NCBI RefSeq assembly: GCF_009914755.1
Contig: NC_060928.1
Strand: one strand, 5' to 3'
Length of the DNA stretch: 64,000 nucleotides
Origin: the human T2T-CHM13v2.0 reference genome, Homo sapiens
Shown here in pieces: positions 29,040 to 42,117 of the stretch. The notes under the pieces were generated by a model. It did no database searches. It had not been told where the DNA came from and worked only from the letters and a program-made list of their open reading frames with translations. Position 1 is the first letter of the stretch, and the number at the start of each line of letters is the position of its first letter. The translations under genes and the position numbers were made by a program.

Positions 29040-29238
29040 GCAATATTGAACCAAACTAGCAGCCCAGGTACAAATCATCATGTAATATATAGTTGCCCAT
29101 CCTAGTCACCTAAACTGGCTTAATTGCAGCACACCTGGACGCCCAGAAACATGAAAAAAAACACTGTTTAAAACAACTAGCCACTGAGTTTAGGGGTCAT
29201 TTTTTGTCAGCATTATTTTGGCTGTAGCTGGATAATAC
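29040..29238 (+). mobile_element. Old MLT1 LTR 3' remnant
   Basis: 'agccactgagtttagggg...cagcattattttggctgtagctggataataca'. Confidence 0.5.
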
Positions 29239-30007
29239 AAATATTAAGAACACAGAACTTCAATTTGAATTATGTTTACCATGAGAAATTATTTAAGGTT
29301 TCTGTGATCAATTTTATAACTTGAAATATAGATATTTGCTTAGATTTTCTCAGAAAAATAGGAAGGTCATTAATTAAGAATGTAAAGGGAAAAGGTGTCA
29401 AAGCGAGGAGAATGTAAATGTGAACGTACTTAGAGATATAAAAATATTGGGGGATAAGTTGTATGTCTTAAAGGTGGGTTATAGAAGTTAGGGCACCAAA
29501 AAAAGTTAACTAGAAAGATGCAAGTTGGTGGTTGCAGAGTGTAAAGAACAGGGTGAATCTGAGATGATGGAGGGTTTAAAGTTACTGGTAATGACAAAAT
29601 CTAAGAAATGACCATACTGGTAAATGTCTAAGGTGAGGGATAGTCTTATAAAAAGATTATTGGAGAAGATAATTCAATGAATTGAGAGAGATCAGAACAT
29701 TGCAAATATCAATAATTTGTTCACTGAAATAATCAATAAATGTTGAAGAGACTGGGAGTTAACCAGGAGCTGGAAATCTCTAAGAAATGACAGGGAGTAG
29801 ACTGGAAATCTCGAAGAAATGACAGGTCTTATAGAGTGTGGTAACAGTAAGAGATCCTGATACTTATGTACTGATACTTATATGCTGATAAAGAAGATCT
29901 ATTTGTTTTGAGGGGGAGGCACTGAAAATGCTCTTGAATGAGAAAAGAGAGACATATAGAATACCTAGCTCACCTGCAGGTGCAGTTTTATGAAAACAAT
30001 CACCATT

Positions 30008-30740
30008 TGCAATACCATTTTGATGCTAAGTACCAGAGTTAGCATACATTTCACAGGGTGAGGGCACACTCTCCCACACTGCTCCCCTTCCCTGCTGACA
30101 CCAGCCACAAGCTTGGGACTTCCCAAGCTACCCACACTTCTGACAAATGGCTACAAATATGGGAGTTCAATGATTCGGTAGAATAACTCACAGAACTCAA
30201 GAAATGCTATTTAAATGACAGCTGTATTACAAGGATACAAATCAAGAACTATTCAAGAACCACTGAGTAAGTTATCAAAAGGTCCCAATACAGCTTTTCT
30301 GTGTCTTCTCTAACTGAATTAGAAAAATCAGAAGCATCACTATCCTGGTACATCAGGATGTTCACCAACCAGAAACTCTAATATCCAGAATTTTCTGGAA
30401 ACTTCATTAGATGGGCATGATTGAATCATTGACCACATAATAGAACTCAATCTTCTGTGTTTTCATCCTCTTCAGAGGTTGGGGTAATATCATCTGGCTC
30501 AAAGCGTCAATCATCTCATCATATGGTTGGTGTTCCTGGCATAGCCAGTTCCAATTATAAAACTATCTAGGGACCCACCATGAGTCATCACTCTAGGATA
30601 AACTCAGGCATGGTCCCAGGGACTCACCATTAATAAATAAAGCAAGGGTTTATTTTTCTTAGGAAAATCCAAGGATTTAGAAGCTTAGGCCCAAGAACTA
30701 AGGACAAAGACCAGACACTTTTTTTTTTAATTATACAACA
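30008..30740 (-). mobile_element. MER21/MER77-like ERVL solo LTR
   Basis: 'cacttctgacaaatggctacaaat', 'ctcacagaactca', 'gttcaccaaccaga', 'ggacaaagaccag'. TG...CA ends; near-TSD ccatt (30003-07) / ctatt (30741-45). Confidence 0.72.
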
Positions 30741-33155
30741 CTATTTAAGAGAGCTACAGGGAAATCCATCCTTGAGAGAGAGCCTGGTTACCTTTGGAGC
30801 AAGAATGTGGACAGGTTTAGGATAGGCAGGATTTGGCTGATAAATCACCATCAGAAGGTACAGTAAAAAGATTTCAGGAGTTAGGAAAGAGTGGTAGATA
30901 TCAGAAAGTGGACTGTTCAGAAAGTAGACTTTGAAAAGTTTTATCAGGATTTGAGTACAGAAGATGAAGAGTGACCTGAGACAACTAAACCTTATACCAA
31001 TTCAAACTGCTATAAAAATAATGAGATTAATGCTGATGGTTTACCGTGACAAGTGATATAAGGACTGTGAATAGTGACAAGAGGCATTGAAAGTTTGTAG
31101 CCTCTTTTTTAAATTGTGCCAAAAGAGTTGTTGAGGTTGGAAGAGACTTGGAGAGTACAAAGAACTACTGGTAAACCAGTCAGTGTAAAACATTGTGTGG
31201 CCCCAGAAAAACAGAATGTCTTCTCTCACCTAAATAGTCACGATTCTGACTTCTCGCTTATAAAGACCAAATCTCAAAAATATGTAAGAGTCCTAAATTA
31301 TGTAGTCTTTTGTATCTGCCCTATTTTATTCAATAGAAAATCTTTAATAACTTGTAATTGCTTCATAGTTTATGGTTTACAGAATATTTGATAATATATT
31401 ATTTAAGTATCCCATAAAATTAGGATGCTGGGCCCACCTCTGATGAGAGAGTAGTGTCTGACCCCATAACAAATATCTGCTAAATAATAAAACCCTGATT
31501 TAAATGAATATTTCCCAGTTTAAAATTTTTTCTGCCTTTCCATTAGTTCTCAGTGTTTCTCTATTTGGGGTGAAGAGCTTATTTTATATAAGCTTATATA
31601 TTCATAGCCTTACTAAAATGTCATTAAGTATACTAAACCAACTCAGCTATATCTGAATAGTGAAGTGAAATGTTGTTTAGATGAACAGTTTCTTTAAGAC
31701 TTCCTGATTTTCTACTTTCCTTTTGACTCACATATATCCTTGATGGGTTTATGCATTATTATGCCACAGGAAACTCTAGAGAGAGCTGTGACATCTCAAT
31801 GTATGTATCTATTCGGAAGTTAACAAGACTTATCAGTAACAATAGCTCTTCTTGTTTTCCATTTAGGACTTAGGTCTTAAAAATCTAAAGAATGTTGCCT
31901 TTAGGATTTATTTTATGAACACTTACAGTGCCCCTCCCTAACAGGTTAGCTGCTAGGAATAAATTGAAATTATTCAGTAAAACATAAGTGAAGTGCCCAG
32001 TGTTGCCAATTCATTAGAAAGGTGGATTGTTATTACTCCACTAGCATATTATAAATAATGTAGGAATTTTAAGCAAATAACAAACCAACTTTTATATTGG
32101 TGCATATTTTAGTTCAGAGTCTCTCTTAATTTTGAGCACCAGATTTATTTCACATGTATTTTTGATGTTTTCTGTAGCCAATATTTATTTACTAAATTAC
32201 ATAGATAACCAACATAAACTGTAACCAGGAGAATGAGTCATTAATATTACAATGGATCCATAGAGAACTATATGTTAGATCTATGAGGATCTGGAATGTG
32301 CCAGTCCTGCCAAAGTGGTCTTTTCCATTATCAGGGAGTAGCTTCCCTGCTTCTTGTTCTAATGTGTTCATCTTTGTTTGCTGATGCTCTCCATCTCAAA
32401 GGAGAGAAGAAGGGAAGGAACCACAGCAATAATTACCAACTGAGCAAGTCATTATCATTACAATAGATGTGAAATTAAAATGGTAAGAGCTTGGCATTAT
32501 TCAAATTTTTACTCCATTCTGTTAATTGTTATATCATATTTAAACTCCTCACAGGCTTCTTTTGAGCTGCAGATGTGTCATAATACCTAAAGTAACTTAG
32601 GATAGGAAATTGTGGCTTAATCCACTGATCAAGTCTTTTAGGCCAAGTCTCTAGGTGTATCACAGCCCTGATCCTTATGACCCTTCAAAATGTCTTCCTG
32701 AGGAGTTAATAGAGAACAGATGTTACCTAAGGCAGCAGCTGTTACAATTAGACAAATGGGGAAAAATGGCAAATGATGATGGCAGAAACTCTTTAAATAG
32801 ACCATCCACTTCCTTAAAAGTCAATAAAACGTTTTGAAAAGGTCAGAAAAGGTACACAATCATGTGTTTGCACACAGACATTCATTACAAATACTTTCAA
32901 AAAAAGACAACTTTTATTGAAACAAAAATTCTCAGGTGTTCATTTGAAATAGGTCAGCAATTACAGTTATGGAAAGCATATCATACTATACTGGAAAAAT
33001 AAAGTTTGATTTGGTTTTACTGAGTTTTCAAGTTTATATCCCTTCCTTTCTTTTTTTTTTTTTTTTTTTTGAGTCAACAATATCTTTTTAATGGCTTAAT
33101 GTGTGCCCAATGTTATAACGCAAAACTTAGTGAAAAACACATTGGTCTCTTTCTT

Positions 33156-33456
<301 letters not shown>

Positions 33457-33754
33457 TACATTGGTCTCTTTCTTAGTTTAGAAGATCACCTTCCCTCAGC
33501 GGAAAGAGACATGAGCATGTTATGCTGTGACTGCTAGCAGAATTGATGGAGAAATTAATCTTTCTGACAGGGAAGGGAAGCCTTATAAAAAAGGCATATT
33601 TGGCTTGGGTCTGGGAGATGGAAAAGAAATTGACAAGCAGAGGAAGAAAAGACAAGCAATCTTACCACTGGGAGCTCTGAACACTACACAGAGTTGTGAA
33701 AGCACATCGTAGGTTAGAAAACAAACAGGATGTCAGAATTGGACAGAATAACAC

Positions 33755-33940
33755 TAGTCTTCAGGTTACAGTGTGCATTACAATCATCTAGAATTCCTGT
33801 TAAGAATGCAGATATCTGGGCCGCATCCTGGATATTCTGATCCTGTAAGTCTTGATGGTGTCTGGGAATTTGCATCTTACTAAGCACACCTTATTATTCT
33901 GATGGTGTCAGGGGGTAGACTACATCTTAAAACATATTTT
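33755..33940. mobile_element. MER5B-like hAT-Charlie MITE
   Basis: 'tgcattacaatcatctag...ttaagaatgcagat...attctgat...ggaatttgcat'. Confidence 0.65.
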
Positions 33941-33945
33941 TTAGG

Positions 33946-34130
33946 TAAATGATTCTTGAAGTGTGGTCTCCAGACCAGTGTCACCATAATCATTACCTGG
34001 AAACTTTTTAGAAATGAAAATTCTCAGCTCAGCCTCAGGCCTGCAGAAACTCGAGGTGAGGCTGGGTTGTTTGTGTTTTAACAAGCCACTTAGCTGATTA
34101 TAATGCATAATGAGCTTTGAGAATCATTGC
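33946..34130 (+). mobile_element. MER5A hAT-Charlie MITE
   Basis: 'aagtgtggtctccagaccag...ttagaaatgaaaattctc...tgtgttttaacaagcc...tttgagaatcattg'. Confidence 0.78.
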
Positions 34131-34526
34131 TTTAAATTGTACAAATATTTTAGATCTTCATTGGCTAGGAAATCTCTTTTGACCAGTTCCCAGAAGTGAG
34201 CTAAACTTGATATTGCATACTTAATAGTAACTTTATGTGTGAAAACGTTTTGATGATATAGAAGCAGGAATAAAACTCAGAGAGACCCATTGAGTTTAAA
34301 CCATTAATTATTGCTGGTATCTCTTAGATGGTCTGATTTTAGATTAAATACCTGACTTTACGGGATATAAATATGGACCAGGATCCAGTCTGAAGTAATA
34401 TAAAAGATTGTCCCAAAATATATACTAAATTATAATTATCTGTCTGGAGACTTTGTGTGTTTTACAAAGATTTTAGCAAATTCAATTAGACAGATTTTTG
34501 GATTATACTGGAGTTTGTTGCAATAT

Positions 34527-35413
34527 TTTTCTTTTTTAAAAAACTTTTAGGTTTGCAGGTACATGTGAGGGTTTGTTACATAGGTAAACTTGTGTCACGG
34601 GGGCTTGTTGTATAGCTTATTGCATCACCCAGGTATTAAGCCCAGTGCTCGATAATTATCTTTTCTGCTCCTCTCCCTCCTCCCACCTTCCACCTTCAAG
34701 TAGACCGCAGTGTCTGTTGTTTCCTTCTTTGTGTTCATGAGTTCTCATTACTCAGCTCCACTTATAAGTGGGAACATGCAGTATTTGGTTTTCTCTGTTG
34801 TGTTAGTTTGCTAAGGATAATACTCTCCAGCTCCATCCATGTTCTCGCAAAGGGTATAATCTCATTGCTTTTTATGACTGCAAAGTATTCCATGGTGTAT
34901 ATGTACCACATTTTCTTCATTCAATCTGTCATCGACGGGCATTTACGTTGAGACCATGTCTTTGCTGTTGTGAATAGTGCTGTAATGAACATTAGCATGC
35001 ATGTGCCTTTATGGTAGAAAAATTTTCCTCTGGATATACACCTAGTAATGGCATTGCTGGGTTGAATGCTAGTTCTCCTTTTAACTCTTTAAGAAATTGC
35101 TACACTGCTTTGGTTGCACTTATTTGCACTCCCGCCAACAGCATGTAAGGGTTCCCTTTTCTCTGCAACCTCGCTAACATCTATTATTTTTTGACTTTTT
35201 AATAATAGTCATTCTGACTGTGGTTTTGATTTGCATTTCTCCAATGATCAGTGATATTGAGTTTTTTTTCACATGATTATTGGCCACATGTATGTCTTCT
35301 TTAAAAGTATCTGTTCAGGTTCTTTGCCCACTTTTTATTGGGGTTGTTTTTTTCTTGTAAATTTGTTTAAGTTTCTTATAGATGCGAATATTAGACCTTT
35401 GTCAGATGCATCG
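34527..35413 (-). mobile_element. L1PA13-15-like 3' fragment
   Basis: 3' UTR 'acccaggtattaagcccag...ttttctgctcctctccctcctcccacc' followed by antisense ORF2 end. Confidence 0.85.
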
Positions 35414-35854
35414 TTCAGTGATGGAAAAGCAGCTACTATGCAGTCAGAGATAGATGGAGGTTAAAAAAAATAAAGCAAGCTTCCTATAATCTGTAGCTCA
35501 TAATGTTCTGGGAGAAATAGCTGCATGCCAAAGTAGCATTTTAAAAAAAAGACAAAGAAGAGTACAATTATTTAAATTATAACCCCTATATGTTAAATTT
35601 CAAAGTACATTTTCGCTAACCTCTAGGGTCAGTACATGCATAATCTTCTCTTAGTATTTTATGATATAAGTCCATGGTATTGACTGACATTAATCAAAAG
35701 GAAAAATTAGTTTATTCTGTTTTTGTATAGAACAGATATTTTTAATATGTTATTTCTCCCCAGAATAAACATAGAATCCTGTTAGAATATGTCTTGGAAA
35801 TTATTATTATTGAAATTTCAGGTATGAACTTTTAGAGACAGGGCGATTTTCTTG

Positions 35855-36058
35855 GAGACAGAAGAGACATTGGATCTAGGCAGATCTGAATTCCCAGACT
35901 TGTGGCGGTTATTTTAACCCCTCTGGAACTCTGTTGCCTCTTCTTTGTACCTGTGAACTGTTGGTAATAAATCCTACAGTATGTTGTCATAAAATAATTA
36001 CGCAATATGACGCTTTTGAAGAGCCTGGTATTTGGTTGGTGCTCAATGAATTTTAGTT
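35855..36058 (+). mobile_element. MIR SINE remnant
   Basis: 'ttattttaacccctctggaactctgtt', 'gcctggtatttggttggtgctcaatgaat'. Confidence 0.55.
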
Positions 36059-36731
36059 TTATTTGACATACATTCTCTTCTATGGCTTATAATTTCCACA
36101 TATTGGGCATTAACTGTTTGCTACTCCATTTCACAGAATATCTCTGAAGTTTAAGGAGTCAGCTTTAAAAAATAAAATTGTTACAGTAGACTGTTTTCTT
36201 ATTGTTCAAACAGAACATGAATACTTGGTGTAGATCTACTGTATACCATGCATTCATACTAGTTCCAACAGACAGTTGGAGTGAGTGGTAAAATGTAGGA
36301 TTCCAGACTACAGAATTAAAGCAAGAGAGATGGTTTGGATTGGCTGACATTTGCGGCAAGAATGGCTAGTATGAGTGAAAGAAGGAATACAAGGAAAGTG
36401 AAAAGATACAAGCCAAATTCTAATTAGGTTTCAGTGCTAGCATTGACTGGCTCTCTGAAGGTTTCTTAATATATACAAAATTCCTTCTTTCCTATTTTTA
36501 TTTTTGTTCTATTTTGACTTTTTCACCATTACTTATAAAAAGTAAATTTTTGTGCACTTTTTAAGCATGAAGGCAATAGGGAAAAAATTAAGAATCTGCT
36601 TCATGTTTCATAGAAATTCTAGAAAACAACCTGCCAGACAGAAGTGCTTGCAGATAGTGTCTATTTATCAAAGCTGAGAACTAATGTGAAGAAGTGTCTC
36701 TCTATTGGCTTTGAGGACAGCAGTAGTTTTT

Positions 36732-36990
36732 CCACATTTATTAAATACAGAAATAGTTTATTGTATTGTGCTAACCACTGCTCTAGGTGCCGGTGTTGCA
36801 GAGATGAATAAAACAAAGTCAATATTACCGAGAAGCTCAGGGTCTCAGAAAAAAAAAAAGATATCTGGTTCCCACTATCTAAGAGCCTGTTCAGAGCAGA
36901 ACAGTTTCCACTTGAACTGCAATACTTCATCACTTAACAGAGAGTGACTAAAGATACAATGGAAAGGTAGGTTGAGAAGAGGTTTAATTT
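36732..36990 (-). mobile_element. L2 3' end remnant
   Basis: 'catttattaa...tgtgctaaccactgctctaggtgc...gatgaataaaaca'. Confidence 0.55.
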
Positions 36991-37879
36991 TCTCCTTTCT
37001 AGGCTCTATTATCTAACATCATAACTGGATTCTATAAAATAAGATACTTTTCTTATTTTAAGAATACTAAGATAGGAGCAGAACAATATGCGTTCCTTCT
37101 TCCTTCTGTATGTTTTATGGATTTATAAAGGTACGTTAGCAATGCAATCTCTAAAAGAGTTATATTATGATGTTCTACGCATCATGTTACAAATAGGTGA
37201 CATAAAATATCATATTGCTTTGTAAGATGCCATGATTAGTGGGACTATTTTAGTATTTGTGATAAGAAAACACTAATACAGAGTACTATTTTCATGTTTA
37301 TGTATATTTTTTCTTTTGAAAATTTTTCTAAAATACATTTCTGGGAAATTTCTGAGAAGAGAGCATATCATGTGAAGTGAAGCATTTATTTGAGACTGGA
37401 CTTCTTTTTACATGTATAGTTGTGCCTGCTGATCTTGAAAGGCAATAAATGCTTCTTAAGAACTTAAAAATCTGATCCATATTCCAGCAATTATTCTGAT
37501 AAGTAACATAATTTGTATATCCCCAAGATATGTCCACAGCCAAAGTACATATTTTAAGAGATGAGATGACCATAAAAACTGACTTTCAGATTTTTATAGT
37601 TCTATTTATTGAGAGACTTCATTAGCAATAAATGTTGAATATAAGTTTTTCATATCACAATATTTATAGGACATTATTTGATCCTTTTGCCCTAAGCTTA
37701 ATGATATGAATATTTTTCTACCTTTCATCCTGAAGGTCTTTTTTAAGGAGATGATTCTGTACAATTTAAAGAATGGAGTAATTTTAAAATGAAAAAAATA
37801 ATAATTGTTCATACTTTTTAAGAATGTTGCAATGTGCTTATACTTATTCTAACTTTTTTGCATGCATTCATTCAGATAA

Positions 37880-37990
37880 ATCTATTATTTTCATTTTCAT
37901 CTTACAAATGAGGAAACTGAAGCTCAGAGAGAGGTATAAATTATTTGCCAAAAGCTGCACGGCTACAGATTTGACCTCAAGAGTGCAGAA
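37880..37990 (-). mobile_element. MIR core
   Basis: 'catcttacaaatgaggaaactgaagctcagagag...atttgccaaaag'. Confidence 0.75.
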
Positions 37991-38356
37991 ACAGTGGCTA
38001 TATCCTTAAACTCTAAGTTCTGTTGATTCTCTCGTTTCATCCTTGTAACACAAAGAATGACAAAGTAATCTGTTTAAACATTCTAATTGGTGACTATTTC
38101 TAGAATTGTATGTAAAATTATATCATTTCTCCCTTAGATTTCTGTATCATACCTAGTATTCCAGAGAAGATTGAAAGTAGTACTGAAATTTGCCCGCACA
38201 CTGTTTAGTGTGTTTTAGAGCCTAGCATTGAGATAAATTACTTTTAGTGCACACAGAACAATGAAAATGAGTAAAAAACAAGGTCTACCATATTTACCTT
38301 TAAAAGACTATAATGATTTGAACAGAAAAAAAATAAAAGATTTTATTCCTTCATTA

Positions 38357-38405
38357 CCTTCTACCTCCTTCTCCTCCTCCTCGTCCTCCTCCTCCTTCTT
38401 CTTCA
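38357..38405. repeat. Imperfect (CCT)n/(CTT)n trinucleotide run
   Basis: Read directly. Confidence 0.8.
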
Positions 38406-39027
38406 AATAATTTCTTGCTGAATCTCATCCCTCTAGAAAAAATAGACATCATTCTTCTGAAGTGGCAATAAAAATAAAAAATTGGCCAGCTGTTGCACAC
38501 CATCTTTGTTTCCTGCATACTTAGACCTGAATACTATGCAATTCTCCAGATAATTGTGAATGTTTGTTCTCATTAATTTTGTATAGTTTTTAGAACTAAA
38601 ATAATAAAAGTCATGAATCAAGATGTGAGAAATATGAATAAACACATAAAAACAGAGTGTTCAGAGAAAACAGGATTTTAAAAGAGCCATTTTATTATCC
38701 TCTATTCATTGTGATCCAGTGTTATGGTGAAAACTCAAGGCAAGCTTTTTTCTGCACTCAACAGCTTATGGTTGCTGCTTAGCTAATTATATATTGCATT
38801 TCATTTACTGTATAGCTCTAATATTTAATGTAAAATTATCCATAGCCTCACAAATAAAAGTATCTTATCCAACTGTATACCAAAAGCCTCTATCTCAAAA
38901 GGATTATCATAAAGCATATTTGTTCAATCACATGGAATTTCTGAGACAACTTTATCCTCCTTTATCTCTAAGGTTCAGGAATATTAGAAAATAAAGGTGA
39001 AAAAAATTAAAGTTTTCTTAATATCAC

Positions 39028-39416
39028 TATGTCACTCAGTTTGTCCTGCTATAACAAAATACTTGAGACTGGGTAATTTATGAACACCAGAAATGTATTT
39101 CTGAAGATTGAAAAATCCAAGATCAAGGTTTGGTGACTGGTGAAGGGCTGGTCTCTTTTTCAAAGATAGTGGCCTGCTCTTCCTCCTTGCATGTTGGAAG
39201 GTGGAATAGCAAAAGGGGACAAATGTTGTGTCTGCACATGGTAGAAGAGCAGAAGAGAGGGAAATTACTCACTCAAATGCTTTAATAAAGGTCCTAGTCC
39301 CATCTATGGGGACTTCATTACTTAATCACCTCCTAAAGACCCTGCTTCTTAAAACTATCACATTGGTGATTAAGTTTCAACATATAAACACTGGGGGACA
39401 TATTCAGATCATAACA
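39028..39416 (-). mobile_element. MSTC/MSTD-like LTR (antisense), preceded on its own strand by a polypurine tract
   Basis: 'ctgctataacaaaatacttgagactgggtaatttat...ggggacatattcagatcataaca'; 39417-39432 reverse-complements to PPT-like gaggcaagggccagaa. Confidence 0.85.
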
Positions 39417-39428
39417 TTCTGGCCCTTG

Positions 39429-41869
39429 CCTCTAAAATTCAAGTGCTGTAACTTAATTTTCAATATGATGGTATTAAGAAATGGGATCTTTAGGAGTTGA
39501 TTAAGTCATGAAAGCAGAGCCCTCATGGATGCCATTAAGGCCCTTATAAAAGGGCTTGAGAGAGTGAGTTCATTCTCTTCTGCTCTTTCACTATGTGGGG
39601 ACACAGGCTTTGGCCCTTTTGCCCTTTTACCTTCAGCCATGTGAGGATCCGGGCAAGATACCATTTTGGCCGCAAACCCAGGGCCATTACCAAACATCGA
39701 ACCTGATGGCACCTTGATTGTGAGATCCTCAGCCTCCAGAATTGTGAGGAAATAAATTTCTGTTGCTTATAAATTACCGATTATCACAGCACAAACCCAT
39801 TATGGCAGCACAAACAGACTAAGACCAAAATTTATACCAGAAACACGGGGTGCTGCTGTAACAATTACCTAAAAATATGTAAGTGGCTTTGGAACTGGGT
39901 AATGGGTAGAGGTTGGAAGAGATTGACAGTGCATGCTAGGAAAAGCCTAGACTACGATCAAGGAGCCTTCAGGGAAATTCTGGTGAGAACTCAGAAGAAG
40001 AGAGCTGTAAAGAGAGCATATGCCTTCTTATTGATAATCTAAGTTCTTGTGACCATAATGCTCTTAGAAATATGGACAGTAAAGCCCAGTCTGATGAAGT
40101 GTTAGAGAGGAATGAAAAATATCTTATTGGAGACTGAAGGAAAAGTCCCTGTTATAAAGTGACAAAGAATTTGGCTAACTCGAATCCGTGTCCTAGTACT
40201 TTGTGGAAGGCAAAATTTAAGAGAAATGAACTAGGCTGTCTGGCAGTAAAAAAATCTGTAAACAAAGTTTTCAGGGTGCTGCATGGCTTCTCTTAAATGC
40301 TTGTAGTAAATATTAGAAAAGAAATAAATGAAAGGAGACATTTATAATCAAAAAGGAAGAAGAATTGAAATATTTGGAAAGTTTTCAATCTGGTCAGGTT
40401 GTAAAAGTATATTTGAGATAAAACTCCAAGGGTGTGGCCAAGTGAGCATTTGATAAGGAAATTAAAGGAAATTAATATGGATAGAAGGAAGCTGGATGAT
40501 AATCATCCAAAGAAAGAATGATCTTGAAGGCATTTTAAAGATTATTAGTGCTGCCCCTCCCATCACAGGCCCAGAGTGCCATTGTCAAAGAAAGGGCCCA
40601 GAACACTCCTGGGGCCCCAAAATTTGCTGTCCAGAGCAACCTCAAGTCTTTGCGTTCAACTTTCCATTGTAGCATTCCTCCACTGCCCCAGCTGTGACTC
40701 ATGTGGGCCTAGTTGCAGCTCAGATTCCTTTCTGTAATTCACAAGTGGTCAATCTTGGTGGCATCCTTAGAGTACTATTTCTATAGGAATGCAGAGTGCA
40801 AGAGCTGTGGAGGAATGGCTATCTTTACCTATATTTCAAAGGATGCTCCAAAGAGCTCAGGCAGAGAACTGTCACAGAGGTGGGGCTGCCACAGAGAACC
40901 CCCACTAAGGTAATACTTAGTGGAGCCATAATGGCTGGGAACACCAAAGAGCGCACCCACTAGCATACAACCCAAGCCTGGGAAAGCCACAGGAACTAGG
41001 CTCCAATTTGTGAAATCTGCAGCATGGAATGCTCCTGGCAGTCATTGGGGTGTGGTCCTCTAGAGTTTGGAGGTCCACCTTCCACTCCAATGTTTCCGGA
41101 AGGTAGTACATGAAGTTGAAAGATAATTTTCAAGCTGCAAGGTTTAGTGTTGTTTGCCTTGTTGGGTTTTGGCCTTATGTGAGACCTCTTCCACCTTTCA
41201 TCTTTCACATTTCTCCCTTTTGGAATGGGAGTATCTGTCCTATTTCTGTCCCACAATAGTATTTGGGAAGCACGTAGCTTGTCTGATTTTACACATTCAC
41301 TACTGGAAAGTAAGTTGCCTTATATCTAATTTATATGAGGCTCTAGATTTTAGAATTTTGATTCGCTGCTGAGATGAATTAAGATTTTGGTGGCTGTTGG
41401 AATTAAATGAGTGTGTTTTACATGTGAGAAAGATGAGTTTTGGGGGCCAATGGTGAAATGCTGTGGTCTGAATGCCACCCAGAATTCAGGTGTTGAAACT
41501 TAATTCAGGTGGTATTAAGAGTTGGGACCTTTTGGGACATGATTAAGTCATGAGGGCTCTGCTTTGATGAGTGGATGAGTATCTCATGAAAGGGCTGCAG
41601 GGAAATAGCTTAGTCCCTTTTTGTTCATCTGCTCTTCAGTCATATGAGGACACAGCATTTGTCCCCTGTGCTCTTTCCATTCTTTCCACCAGGTGAAGAC
41701 ACCTAGACGGTGCCATCTATGAGAAAGGAGGCTTCATCTGACACTGATGAACCTGCCAGTGCTTTGATCTTGGACTTCTTAGCCTCCCAAGCTCTGAGAA
41801 ACAAATTTCTGTTTTTTATGTTACATAGTTTCAGATATTTTGTTATAGCAGCACAAACAGGCTATGGCA
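39429..41869 (+). mobile_element. MST (MSTC/D-like) MaLR provirus: 5'-clipped LTR 39429-39826, internal region 39827-41458, 3' LTR 41459-41869
   Basis: Internal start 'aaaatttataccag...gctttggaactgggtaatgggtagaggttggaag'; PPT 'gagttttgggggccaatggtgaaa' before 3' LTR; no open gag-like ORF. Confidence 0.87.
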
Positions 41870-41959
41870 ACCACCATCTAAAAATAACTACTATTAATAT
41901 TTATGCATGGCTTTCCAATGTTCTTCTGTGTTCATTTCATAGAATCTACCAATACTAGA

Positions 41960-42117
41960 TAGACAGGCTATCTAATTTGTGGAATTCAGTGCAGAAAAAA
42001 AAGGCATGATTCTTTCTTCAGAAGTTATTAAGATTTTCAAGATGACGAAAACAGAGAGCATTAATCCTGGCTCTTCTAAGCAACTGCACAGGTCACATAC
42101 CCATGAAAGCAGCCCTG
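41960..42117 (-). mobile_element. MER91A-like hAT-Tip100 MITE
   Basis: 'ttattaagattttcaagatgacg...gagcattaa...actgcacaggtcacatacccatgaaagcagccctg'. Confidence 0.75.

Noticed and set aside
33051-33070. Orphan poly(T) as tail of a processed pseudogene
   Set aside because: No adjacent recognisable transcript body and no TSD found
33755-34130. Palindromic structure in tandem MER5 copies
   Set aside because: MER5 elements are inherently palindromic MITEs
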